A DNA stretch of 64,000 nucleotides from Botryllus schlosseri (Eukaryota): the NCBI GenBank assembly GCA_051294905.1, contig CM119382.1:3224001-3288000 (forward strand). The letters are read 5' to 3'. The notes beneath the pieces are model-generated. The model had not been told where the DNA came from. It did not search any database and saw nothing but the letters and a program-made list of their open reading frames with translations. This document shows, piece by piece, positions 27,511-40,100 of this stretch. Every line of letters begins with the position of its first letter. Within the stretch, counting starts at the first letter, position 1. A program made the translations under genes and the position numbers.

Positions 27511-29052
27511 ACTAAAGTTAAATAATATATTTACATTGAAATATATCTAAACATTTGTATTGCATATTGAAGTTCCTCTAAGTGTCTCTTCAATGTCATA
27601 TTGTGAATACTAAATACCGATCAAAAGTGTCAATTTAGACTTAGTTGTCTATCTTTTGCCACTATAGGCTATTGAGTTGAAAAATATACACTGAGAATTT
27701 GCAGGTATAAGTTCGTTTTGATAATATTGACAAGGTGTATTCGTCCTTATTGGAGATGAAAAACATTTTCGGAATGATGGCCACTAGACACCAACCACGT
27801 GGCTGAGGTATTATCCACTTAGTATTGGAATCAGGCACCGAGAATTAACTACATTACCTGACGTAATCGATTTTGAACAATGACTCAATAATGTATAGTA
27901 GCTAGAAATATTCTCCTGGGAATAGTGAGGATGACACTTTATGCACCATAGCCTGCGCCATACTGAGCCCCGTCTATTCCAAAATGCGAACTTAGAAATC
28001 ACGCGTCAATACTAAGACATTACGAAGATATTGTTCAATTGTATATTTAAGCTCTGTAACTCAAAGAAGCTCTTCATTTTTAAGATGATGAAGTATTTTC
28101 ACCTTGTCGAGATCCGCATTGAAATACACCCTGAGACATGATCACACTGCACACATTCAATCATTCAACCAAACCTGATAATAGATCATAATTAATATAT
28201 ATGCAGTACACACATAGCCTGCACCTTCCAACGCAATGACTCGCATATATCGCCGATAAGTTAGAGGCCTATATGTATGATGATAGTAGTAAAACTTGGT
28301 GCTGTCAATGGTGAACGTCTGTCGGTATTTGTCGGTCAGCCCCTTCATTATAGTTGGTCATGCGCATGTGCTTAACCTTCTAAACATGGACCAACTCTTA
28401 CTTACAGCAACGCGATTGCAGTTTGCGGCATTGGAATTGGTTCGTTCAACTTCGCCATTCTAATTACGAGTCCTACTAATCTGATTAAGTCAACTGGATA
28501 ATGTCTGTCGCGATGTCCGGCGTGTTTACACTGGAATTATCCAGGTTTCTTTCGAGACAAACTTGTATTCTTGAGGCGCCATCGCGGCTGAACCGGCATT
28601 ATTTCTCAATACCTCGCAGTAACTTGATTTAAAGCTAATGTAAACAATTTAGCTGTTCTTCATTAGCGGTGGATATATAGCAAACAATTGTATACGAGAC
28701 AGAGATGCGGCCGGGTCGTCTAAGTAGGAAAATCTTGATATTCTTGACCGAAATACGGGAGTAGATGTATGTCTCTACCAGATGGGAAGGTTCTAGATCT
28801 AGTTGAATGCCACAACTTCCGCAATACTCAGAAGTCCCGGAGAACCGGTACCAGACAGCTATAGGCAGGGGCAGTGCGTTTGCAACCATTAACGCATTTT
28901 ATGCAAGACTTAGCCAGGATTTACCTTAATTTAAGTTATCGTAGACCCCGAATATAGTGTCAAAGATACACTAGACTGCCCTAATGATTGCACTACTGCA
29001 TTCTGCACATTACGCAAGTTGATAATGAGGAATACTCATTTCTGTGTAGAGT

Positions 29053-29297
29053 CAGAGATGGTGAGTAACGAAGTACTTCTACTTTTACGCGGTACTCCAG
29101 AAAGCTTTGGCTATACTTGACCAATAGCAATTATGATTTCAGACTTCTACTTCTGCGTCAGAGTTTTTTAGACAAAATGCCTATGGAATACTTGCTTTTT
29201 ACTTACTTGCAAATCGCTACTTTTACATGTACTTGCGAAGACACTTACTACCTTACTTCTACTTGAGTAATATCGATCACTTCTTCAACCACTTCTG
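29053..29297. mobile_element. MITE-like element with TACTT(G)/AGTA repeats
   Basis: Imperfect TIR CAGAGATGGTGAG / TCAACCACTTCTG; related pieces at ~47040-47530 and 53200-53270; no clean TSD. Confidence 0.55.
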
Positions 29298-29719
29298 TGA
29301 GTTGATTTGCTAGTATTTCATCCCCAGGCCTAGACTCATGGCATGAAAGATAAAGAATTATGACGTCAATAACTCACGGGCGGATATTAGGACTTGTCTC
29401 TTGGTCCCAGCAACTCTACATTGAACGACCCTTGTCGATGTGGTTCGTTGACACTCAACTTTCTCAGCCGGCACTCCTCCAGTGAACGCGCATGACGATA
29501 TTATGTCGTAACGCGTGAGTTTTACCCCGGGTAGGTTCGACTTCAAGTTTTCAGTAATATGATTCACGGCTCATGGTGTAGAATAATTTTCAAAGTTCTC
29601 CTTGAAGAGCATTTTGGGGTTACAGAACTTCAATATATAATTGAATGGTATATTCATATTGAAATAAACGCGAATATTTTAAGTGGATATCTAATGTTAT
29701 TTACTATTCTCTACTAGTT

Positions 29720-29763
29720 GCTGACGATTACCCCTGACGAGTGTCAGCCGAAAATATTCGGAT
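29720..29763 (+). ncRNA. Putative minimal hammerhead ribozyme (intact core, one helix I mismatch)
   Basis: GCTGAC-GATT-ACCC-CTGACGA-G-TGTCAGC-C-GAAA-ATATTC|GGAT. Confidence 0.62.
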
Positions 29764-30199
29764 TTATTTCAGTATTAACATACCATTCAATTGTATATTG
29801 AAGTTCTCCCTGATAATCATAATCATAAACATTGTGAATCGATTATATTTACGATATATGTTGCTGTTATATTTTTATAGCATTTTCTATGACGATCGTT
29901 AATTGTAGAGCAAGTGATTACACTTGACATTTACTCAAAACTCAAACGACTTCAGTCACTTTCACGCGCAGAATCGGACGGGATCGAGCTATTATTGCAC
30001 GTAAATTGGTTTCAGAGTTTCCGGATTACAGCCGCGACCTGAGGTGATAGAAGCGTTTTGCTCAATCTCTCGTAATCGTCCATTTTTTCTTCGGGAAATA
30101 CAGATCGATTCTGTGGCCGCCAATGCAGAAAATTTCCGACGCTTGCTTGGTCGAATGCAGTAGAATTGATCGGGCTTCAAATGACTTTTCATGATTGAA

Positions 30200-30690
30200 T
30201 AGTACAGTCATATTGATATATACCCGAATATTTTTGGTTGACACTCGTCAAGGGCAAAAATAGTCAAAGTGTCGTGCCGTGAATATCCGTGTGTATTTCA
30301 ATATGAATATACCATTCAATTGTATATTGAAGCTCTGTACCTCCGAGAAGCTATACGAAGACTTTACAACAGGCTGTTTGAGATGCCTTCAACTATTCCG
30401 TAATAGGAAAACTTGTATATCAGTTTAAGGTCACATCTCAAGTACTGCAGTTCACGAGGCATGGTGTCTGTTTGAATAGTTGAGCAGGAGAATTCTTTGA
30501 AAGGGGCGAATTGAATAGCAATATCATATTGAAGTAAACCCGAATATTTTTGTCTGACACTCGTCAGGGGAAATCGTAAGCAACTACCAGAGAATTACAA
30601 AGAGTGTCAGCCGAAAATAGTCGTGTTATTTCAGTACGAATATATTATTCAATTTCATTTTGAACTTCTGCACCTCCAGGAAGCTCTTCA
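30200..30690. repeat. Cluster of four hammerhead-repeat fragments in alternating orientation
   Basis: -30200-30255, +30280-30352, -30500-30600, +30600-30690. Confidence 0.75.
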
Positions 30691-31102
30691 ACGATAGAAT
30701 GTAAAATATTTAAATGATAGTTCGATTAATTACAACTTGAAATTCCGCGCGAGGTTGGGATACCGAAACTACGACCAATTAATGTAATTTCCTATCTCAT
30801 GTTAGCTAAAAAAGTCTAGCCTAGCGTTTAGATTTATGCAGTCATGCTTAGATATTGCTCAGGTAATCTTATTGTCGAATATGATTGTTTGTAAGCACTT
30901 GTGTCGTCAATGATGGGGACTGGGGAGCATATTTCACTGCAGCAGGTGCAGCGTATAATTCATACATATCCTTTTGGCAGCGTATAAAATATAGAATCCA
31001 TATTAACTCAACTGTTTACGTGACGCCGCATAGAGAGATACCATCGATGTTAATGAGAAGACTCGTTCGGTGCCAAGGAATTGTGTAATACACGAAGGAG
31101 CA

Positions 31103-31172
31103 ATGGTCCGGGGAATTGCGTGGATCTTATTGCTGGCTGGCTACAGTAACTTGCGGACGACGGAGTGCCAAG
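31103..31172 (+). CDS. ADGRL: ADGRL coding exon 1 (signal peptide [23 protein letters not shown])
   Basis: ATG followed by a hydrophobic core. Phase-1 donor CAAG|GTTGGT matches the phase-1 acceptor of the next exon. Assignment rests on signal-peptide character and phase only. Confidence 0.7.
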
Positions 31173-34100
31173 GTTGGTGTGAAAAGATTGCATCACGTAA
31201 CCTTTCAAATTCGTCACAAAATAATGCTGAATATCATAATATCACACTGGCGACTTTGCAATGTTGCATGCATACGTATCATCTCTTAACATTGACTATA
31301 TCATATGTTTACATGTATAAATATTCCAACTACGGACATTTCAGGTACTGAAATAGCACTCTCCTCGCCTCGAAGAGTTAATTTACGAGAATCATAGTCT
31401 GAATACTATTTTCCACTGTGCAAGGCTATAAACCCCGACTGGTAGTACCGTAGCATACGAAACTTGTACTACAAAGCCACGCGCCTTGTTGGAAATGACG
31501 TAACTGTGAAGTCGTGTTCAACCCACAACATTGCCACAATGCACAATGAAATTGGTATGGTAAAAAAAAACACCTAATCATCTACAATGTGATGTAGAAC
31601 GGTCGTTATATTCTTTGGGGTTCCATTGAAGGCGCCATATTTGCATTTCCCGCGGCATTCACACTACTGTAGCGTGTGACATGATAAATACCTCGAAACG
31701 AAGCCAAATACTCAATTTAGAATCGGATCACTCTGATAATCGAATTGGCTCAGTCCTGTCCAACATGCGTATGTGACAATAAGATTTGAAAAATACACTT
31801 AAATTTGTTTAAATCGGCCGCTGCTTATGTGATCAGACTTTTTCTCGCGGAATTTCTGATGCAGTGAATAGTGACGGGTCGTGGGTCGTTTCGGTTTAAG
31901 TCGGACAGAGCCACTGCTCTCGGCCTGATTTTTAAAATAATCCAGCGTAATGGTAATGGTTCTGCGATGTTGCGATGAATAATTTAGTGCGGGCGATGCA
32001 TACCTGCCACATTACGTTCGGTGGATCCAGTCATGGATCGGCCATCTGGGGAATCCTCTTGATTTTTTTTTGGCGATTCTGCAGAAACTTATGTACAATA
32101 TATGAAAGTACAATTGTTGAGTTTCCACGTCATGACTGAGGGATGAGTACAGAAAACTGATATGTTCGTTGGTAGTAATGCATCTGAAGAGCGTCTTGGA
32201 GGTATATAACTTATGCATTATACAATTGAATGTCATATTCATATTGAAATAAAATATTGGTACACAATGACCTTTCCAATTCTCTACTAGTCGATGTCGA
32301 TTACCCTTGACGATTGTAAGCCGAAAATATTCGGGTTTATTTCAATATGATTATATTATCCAATAGTAATATATTTTCTTGCGTTACGGTGCCTGGTCAT
32401 GTAAAAATGCGTCGTTACATATATAGCAGTTGTAATTCAAATGCCAGGTACGCACGCACCCCTACTGTTTTACTTATGGTATCCCAATAATCGTAAAATG
32501 ACCCAAATATGTTTAATATCTGTTTGCGGTCGACAAACGTATTGACCGAGTCACTATTCTCTTGATCCGTTGTTAGACATAGTCCTTTACATCATTTTAT
32601 GAATCATCCCGAAATCAGTCGTAAAATTGTCATGAAACGATCGGGACCGGTCGCATTCCCTAATGGATTACACGACGCGAGGTACACGGCAAATAAACCA
32701 TCATGATTCTAGTTTACAAGTACTAAAATCTTTGAAAATATTCCTATAAAACCGACGCTATGTTTGCCGCCACTTACGAAGATGTGAAGCACAGCTCGGG
32801 TAGCGCGGGAGTAAACATGTACCGGTTAGAATTTGTGAAATATCAAAGCGTGTAGGCTGTAGGGACATCTTAAGTTTAACGCCTGACTTTCTGCAAAATG
32901 CTGACATAGCTATCTAATTATGAATCTTGTAAGCGATGTTAATACGAAATACCTCCAAAGTATTTCTGATGGCGTAGCTATCCATGTTTACAGAAGCGGA
33001 ATGCAAAGGCGTATGCATTCCTCGAAAATTTGTTTTGCTGACTTTTGTAGGTCAGCATTCCCTCGAGAGGAAACTGACTTTTGAGTGGTCTGCAGTGATG
33101 AGCGGAGTCGGCTTTTCGAGACTCCGAGTCCCTCCGACAACTTTGGACTCTGAGGCAAAGTCCCTCCGACTCCGGGGATCTCAATCCCAGACTCCGAGAT
33201 AACCCGAAGAATCTTGTCCAGTCTCCGAAACATCCATATCGGTAGAGGCAGTTATTCAAAACCATTGTCGAAGAATCCCAATCGATGTTTTCGATAGCCT
33301 GTCTGATATTCAGACCAGTTTTTTTAGTATCCATGAATTGCCGAACAGTCGCAACATTACTTCTGAGAGTCAAGTTCTCTCCAACAAAATGGACAGTCAA
33401 GCTAATAGAACTGCGACCCTTTAGATCGGTCCACATATCTGTGGTGATGCCAGCCAGCCCATAAGACTTGATAGCAACTCTTAGTTCCTCTGACAGCTTC
33501 TGCTTCAAAGATGACGCCTTCTCATCCAACTTACGTTTCACCGTAAATCTGGATGGCAAAACATCGTCTGCACAACACCACGGCAAACCGGCACTTCTTC
33601 AGTATTCTCCACCCGACGATCAGTGTTCCACATGATCACCTTCTCCTTTGATTTCTCGCTTACTTTTTTGTTGGAAGAAAGAAAGGAACTTTCTTCAACT
33701 ATGATCAATTCTTCTTACACGCTTCGCTATGTCTTCGAAGATGCGACGTACCACTTGTCGACTTGTGATGCTTTAGCTGAACATTGCAATTTTGACATCT
33801 CGCAAACCCAGTATACTGGCCGTTATTTTCATGCAGCATCAGAGTGAAATCCTTCCACACGTCACTCTTTTTCTGCGTCTTTGTGGGTAACCCACTTGAC
33901 GTCGACGGTGCTTCAGCCATTATATTAAAACGACGACGGAAGGCCAGTCAGTTCGAACTAACTACCACTAACACCACTGAAATCGACGATCACATCACAG
34001 GTTTCAGTAAATTAAGTTCGGCATCGCCATGAAACAGCTGATGGAGCTGCACTGCACTAAACATACATGATGCATCACTGACGCACCGATCGACGCTCCT

Positions 34101-37100
34101 CGGAGTTGACTAAATGTCTAGTGAGAGTGACTTCCAATTTTGAAACTGATACATGATAACTTGAATTTGGAGTCTGAGACAGACCAGCAGCAGAAACTTG
34201 ATTGCGGTGCTGATTTTTCTTATCACATCAAAGTCATTTCTCAATCAAACCAAAAATTACATGACGAAAATTCAGAAGAGTTCTGGATGACTGACTACGT
34301 CAATCAATATTGAAGGAAGCGTAGTTGATGCGAGCAGAGCAAAGCAGACGGTTGTATGGTTATTTAGTGTGGCTGTTCAGAAATTCGTTTGTTTTTACAG
34401 GGTAAGATCAGCTTACCTTAGTGATTCATGTATATTTGAAATCTTTAAAGCGAGCTTAGATGCTGGTATGTCTCTATGAGCGGATCTTACTAGCGAAAAT
34501 TCGTCGCAATGCCATTAAATCATTGTAACACATTGCATAGTTATTATTGTTTCCATCCAGAAACTTGCTTGTATGTATATTTCTCACAGATATAAAGGTA
34601 ATATTGATGTAACACTTATTATCGATATCTCTCACTGCAAATTGCAAGTACGATGAAAGTTGCGAAAAGTTATCACAAAAGCGGTATCGGATATTATCTT
34701 GTTTCAACTGATACCAACGTTAGGAATACATTTTCACAAAATGGACCCTATTACTATGTTGAACGTCATCAGGATAATGGGATATATTCCGTTATGATTA
34801 TGAACTTGCTGGAAGAATCAGGGTAGCTAAAGGTTGTACCATAGAGAAGCCCCGCTGTATGTTGCTGATTGTAAATGTTTCGCACAATTACTGGGATGGC
34901 ATGAAAATCAGTCACCAAACAAATACCCAAGGAGGAATGTGACTATACAAGACTGCAATGACAGCAACGTGGAAGATTCTGGAGATCTTATCTCATAATA
35001 TGGTGACATTCAGCTGTGGATTCAATCATTCAAAGACTGCATCTCAAGGCAGGGAGCAAATGATGCACTGCGAATGATATTGGGCGCCTTTAATTTTGTG
35101 AACTACAGACACTGCTCAACGAAAATGCCTTGCTAGATCACTAGGTTACTCTCCAGTCCCCAATTGCAGTGCAGATGGCTGATTTTTATGCACTTGGCAA
35201 TCATTTTTGCATGTTACCCGTCATATTACAACTTTACAAGGTGTCAGCTGTCTGTGTTTTGGTTTGTAATCAATAGTGTCTTCTGGTCAGAGCTATCGAA
35301 AGATATCGGGGGCAAAACTTACAACACTCCGGAAAACTCCGGAAAAATATCTTTAGTAAACTCCGAGCCCGCTCCGGGTATCAAAAAATTGGCAAAACTC
35401 CGCTCCGGAAACACTCCGACTCCGCTCCGATGCTCATCACTGGTGGTCTGCTCATCCGAATTCGACATTGCATACTAGCGCAATCTCGGCCCGTGTTCAT
35501 CGTTTGCTCATAGAAATAATGACATAGTATTAACTGATGTACCGTAAATAACGCAGTTATTTGACACAAGACTCATAACAATCTGATTTTACGTTGCGCG
35601 GAATACCTTTCGGAGAAACGCAGCGCAAATAATAATCACTTGTAAACGCAACATTACATCTCCCGCAGAAATGACCTGGTCCATTATAACGCCGCAATGA
35701 CGCCGTTATTGAAGTAGAAATTTGAATCACCAAAAACTTATGGAAATAGAATGGAATGAATAGAATGTTGATACACAACATTATTTTGAAATCTCTGCTG
35801 GTTGCTGACGATTACTCCCCACGAGTATCAGCCGAAAACAGAGGTTATTCAATTGTGTATTGAAATTCTCTACCTCCAGGGCAGAGATATCTGGGAGTTT
35901 CCACGGGTTTCTTTATCATGCTATTGCATAACCTTTTATATACAATGGCGTGCGTGATATCTGTATTCACGATTCAAAAGTGCAGTACTGTGGGGGTGTG
36001 TGATTGACGATTCTCGGTCTAGAAATCACCATGTGTTATATGTCGATTTGCAACTATAGTCAATCTAATCCACCCCAGATTATATAGAATGCAATAAAAT
36101 CGTTAGCGGAAGGCCTGATTTCACGCGGGATCATCTGATAACTTAGCAAATGCGATCCGGCATGTACGTCGTAAAGAAGCATCCGTTGTGATAACTTCAC
36201 GGCGAATTACGTTTTCGCAAGGGCGCGAGTTTTTGATGCGATTATACACCGCGCTGTGAAAGGTCGGTCATACGACTGTGTAAATCGCACTTGCTTGTTT
36301 GTGATCGTCGGTTTGTCTACGGGATTGGTGACAGGGCGACAATGTGTGATCTCTTTAGCTGGTTTCCCGAATCCTTGTGTTGTACAATGCCGTTAAATAG
36401 AATCTTGGAGATACAGAACTTCAGTGCGCAATTGAATAATATATCGATATTGAAATAAACCCGAAACGTTCCAGTTGACACTAGTGATGGGTAATCGTCA
36501 TCAACTAGCACAGAATTGAACAGAACATTGTATATTAACGTGGTATATTATAGGTGCAATGATATTAGTAAAAACAACGGGGAATCACTGCAAAGTGTCT
36601 GTAACAAACCGTGATATGCCACATCGCTATTCTACTGCATTATTCATGGCCTTATTTGGATGATTAAAATGTCATTTTAAGGTATCTCCTCGTGCTGTTC
36701 AACCCTTGAAGTAGCATAACCCGGCGCTGATGATGGGCATGCCGGGTTGGAGGCCCGGTTTATCTAATTTTAAATCGATTAAAACAGTTGCGATGGAGAT
36801 GTTTAAACTGTATTCGGGCACTTAATTCACGGACAGGTTTACACTCTGGAACACGATAAGGCTTTTATACTTTTCGATCGATCGGTATGTATAGCACATA
36901 TGGCTTGCCAGGACATACGCGAGCTCCAGCAGTAGCGCATTTTACGTGTCGAATAAAAGTCCGTGTGACAAGTGTCAAGTCATAGTTTTGCATTGGTCCG
37001 GAATCATCCTATGATCACCAAATTGCGCTATCAACAGATACAAAAGTTACGTATGATATACATAAGGTGGTAGAAGGCTCGGGGCTACGGCACAGTTTTA

Positions 37101-40100
37101 CGCCAGCTTACGATATCTTGCTAACACAGCGAATGTTTGAAATCTGGTACAGTCATAACTTGCCAAGGTTTACGAACCGGGTACAAAACTTCGAAAAACT
37201 TCGATGTTCAATGGAATAATACATTCATACACACACTCTCCGAACATGACGTGACGCCCAAACATAGACATTGCAGATATGTTGGAGATGTCTAATTTTA
37301 CCGCAATGATATTTAGCGAGCTTGAGTCTTTTGTAAAATAGTAAATTATCGATGATGATGATACACTCGTGCTCCTCTTCTTAACTAAAACCCTTTCAAA
37401 TTACGATAGCAGTTTCATCTTAATGTTCTTTTCAATTCCCTACCATAATCGATGACGATTACCCCTGACGATTGACAGTTTATTTCAAGATCAATATATT
37501 CTTCAATTGTGCATGAAGTTCTGCACCTCCAAGAGTATCTTTACATCAACTATATAGGATTATTTGTGCCTTCAATGTATAATTCGGCTCTAACAAATAC
37601 TCCCTAATTTGCAGACGGTTGGTGGGACGATCCTACAGAATCCATATCGTACGGGGGATTCCCGGTGATTACAGAAACCGCGTGCGAAGAAGACCGAATC
37701 AATCTGCGATGCCACGGAAATGACGTAATAGAAGTAAGAAACATTGCATTCTTTGTAGATATAAAGTTATTCTAGTCGAGTGAATAATATATTCGTATTG
37801 AAATAAACCCTAATATTTTCGGCTGGTACTCGTCAGCGGTAATCGTCAGGAACTAGTAGTGATGTGAATTATATATTATACAATGTTCATTTTAATGCTC
37901 TTCTAGTTGCTGAGGATTACCCTTGTCGAGTTTCAGTCGAGAATGGCCGGGTTTCATCAATTGTATATTGATGTTTTGCACCTCCAATATTTCTACAGTT
38001 ATCCAGATATTGAAAAATTTACCACATTTAGTTTTGAAGAGCTTCTTTGAGATTGTTGGCATACAATGACCTTCCCAATCCTCTACTAGCTGCTGGCGAT
38101 TACCCCTGACGAGTGCCAGCCGGAGATATTCGGGTTTAATGCAAAATGGAGATATTTTTCAATTGTGCATTTTTAGGTGTTCTCGAAATTCCATAATTGC
38201 AAATTTATCAATTTTCAGGTGGTATCAGCAAATTACGGACGCCTAAATTCGGTCACGTGTAGCGGGTCGTCCAGTGAAGAAACGGAAAACACGCACTGTT
38301 CCCTGCGGGGTGCAAAGGAAATTCTAGAGACAAGGTAGGCGTCGAGACGTGACAATATATGTTCTTATGCCATCGCAAAACGTTAAATATGACTGGATTG
38401 GTTTTCTCTTGGACAAGTCAATATGGCATAACATATTATGTTGACGTCATATTCTTCTTCTTCTACTAGTTGCTGACGATTACCCCTGACGAGTGTCATC
38501 CGAAAATATTCGGGTTCATTTCCATATGAATACACTATTTGGATAAGCTACTTCGCTTCCACAGCGACTATATTACGATAGTGCCATATTGCTAGCACGA
38601 TTTAACGATTTAATGATATCGAGCCATAAAATGCCAAAATATACAGTCGTTCTTGGAACAATTACTCTCTTTGAACCGGTGTAACGATTTTATAGATGTA
38701 TGCGTTAGCAGTAAATTCTGTAATACTGTTGTAGTATAGCACATAAATCAACCCGGTTGCGCGCAAGCTAATTCGCTACCTCTTTTAATGCGTACGCAAG
38801 CCAAAACAAGTCCTCTGAGACATCAATCGTAGCGTTTATACTAACCAAAATATCCGCGTGGCTTGGTAGCTTCGTCTTTTCGACATCAGCTTCAGGTAAC
38901 ATTACGTCATGCCGCCATTATAGAAATCGCGGGAGCGTAATTACTCGAAGCAAATCAGTAGCGTGTTTAGAAACCGATTGTGTTCGTGTATGTTATGTTT
39001 CCGCTTGGGAAAGCCAATTTTCTGTCGCCCCTTGATTATAAATACGGAATGCAGCAATTATTCGTGGAGCGTATCATTGACAGAATAATACCTCCTTCTT
39101 GTGAACCTCGTTCGGTAATTGGCGTGTCAGATATTCCGCGAAACCGTTCATCATTCTAATATGGATTCGTCCTTGCAGTGCGCGTAGGTGTTGATCCGTG
39201 AAATTTTGATTAGACTTGTGAGCGAATTCTGTACAGAACTTCATTATCGCAATAAACAATATGTCATAACTTCATATTGCCAAGTTTATTTCATTCGGAG
39301 CCTTTTATCAGGAGCGAAAGTCATGATGATGATGATAAGATAATAGCCAGCTGAAAAGCTTCGAGTCTAATAAATGTGACCACTGACCATATGAACATAT
39401 TGACAGTAACTATTTTGGAAGGCCTGTACTTCAGGCAGCCTACTATAACTCTAATCTAATTTGAAAATAGACCGTGGAGCTATAATTCAACTTCTAATCT
39501 AATTTAGAAAAACCGAAAATTTTCTAGTCGCCCAACTCTGCTGGAAGTCTATTCTATACAAATTTAGATCTATGGTCCATCGTCAACTTCCATTTTAAAT
39601 GATTTGAAAGGCTACACTGGGGCTAAAATAGTCATTGATACGACAATAGTGGTTGCAATGATACTGCAGAATTATACTAGAATGCTAGCAGAGTTAACGA
39701 ATTTCCTACTAGACCAAAACAATGTTGAAGTAGGCCTACATACCGAGATGTCCGGGTAATGGTGGGGCTCTGTATGAATTGGAAATAGGATGGGAAGTTA
39801 GTAAGGTGAAAGGTGGTCCCGAAAACATGGTACAGTCGAGCAACAAGCGTTCGATTTAGCATGAAATACTGTTTACACAATCGTGCGCCAGACCCGGGTG
39901 TTTGCTCGCCGGTTAATCCAATAATTTAAGAAATATGTGCAAAAATTTGAAAGCATCAACCCGCGACTCTGTGAACGTAACGGCGTGAATTTGAACTACG
40001 GGTTAATTGAAAGCTTCGCTCCTGAAACCAGAGATTTGGACGACTATAAAAATGTTGATCTTTTCAAAATCAGAGTAGAACTATTGAACTTGGAACTTTT

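Larger units (their letters stand above)
37430..38545. repeat. Cluster of five hammerhead-repeat copies around ADGRL exons 2-3
   Basis: +37430-37535, -37785-37860, +37895-37990, +38060-38170, +38455-38545. Other copies at ~12745-12840, 15610-15740, 18325-18455, 20550-20700, 29600-29810, 32180-32360, 35790-35882, 36400-36530, 46200-46330, 49505-49595, 60480-60585. Confidence 0.8.

Noticed and set aside
1084-31088. Remaining 60-113 aa ORFs in the supplied track upstream of the gene
   Set aside because: Most overlap MITEs or repeats, or lack splice context and recognisable motifs; consistent with chance ORFs.
32978-33586. 202-aa ORF as an intact gene
   Set aside because: Chimeric: a transposase fragment reading through into an inserted MITE; treated as pseudogene.
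35164-35478. 104-aa ORF with hydrophobic N-terminus as alternative signal-peptide exon
   Set aside because: No true ATG at the listed start, no phase-1 donor after the hydrophobic stretch, and it runs into a MITE.
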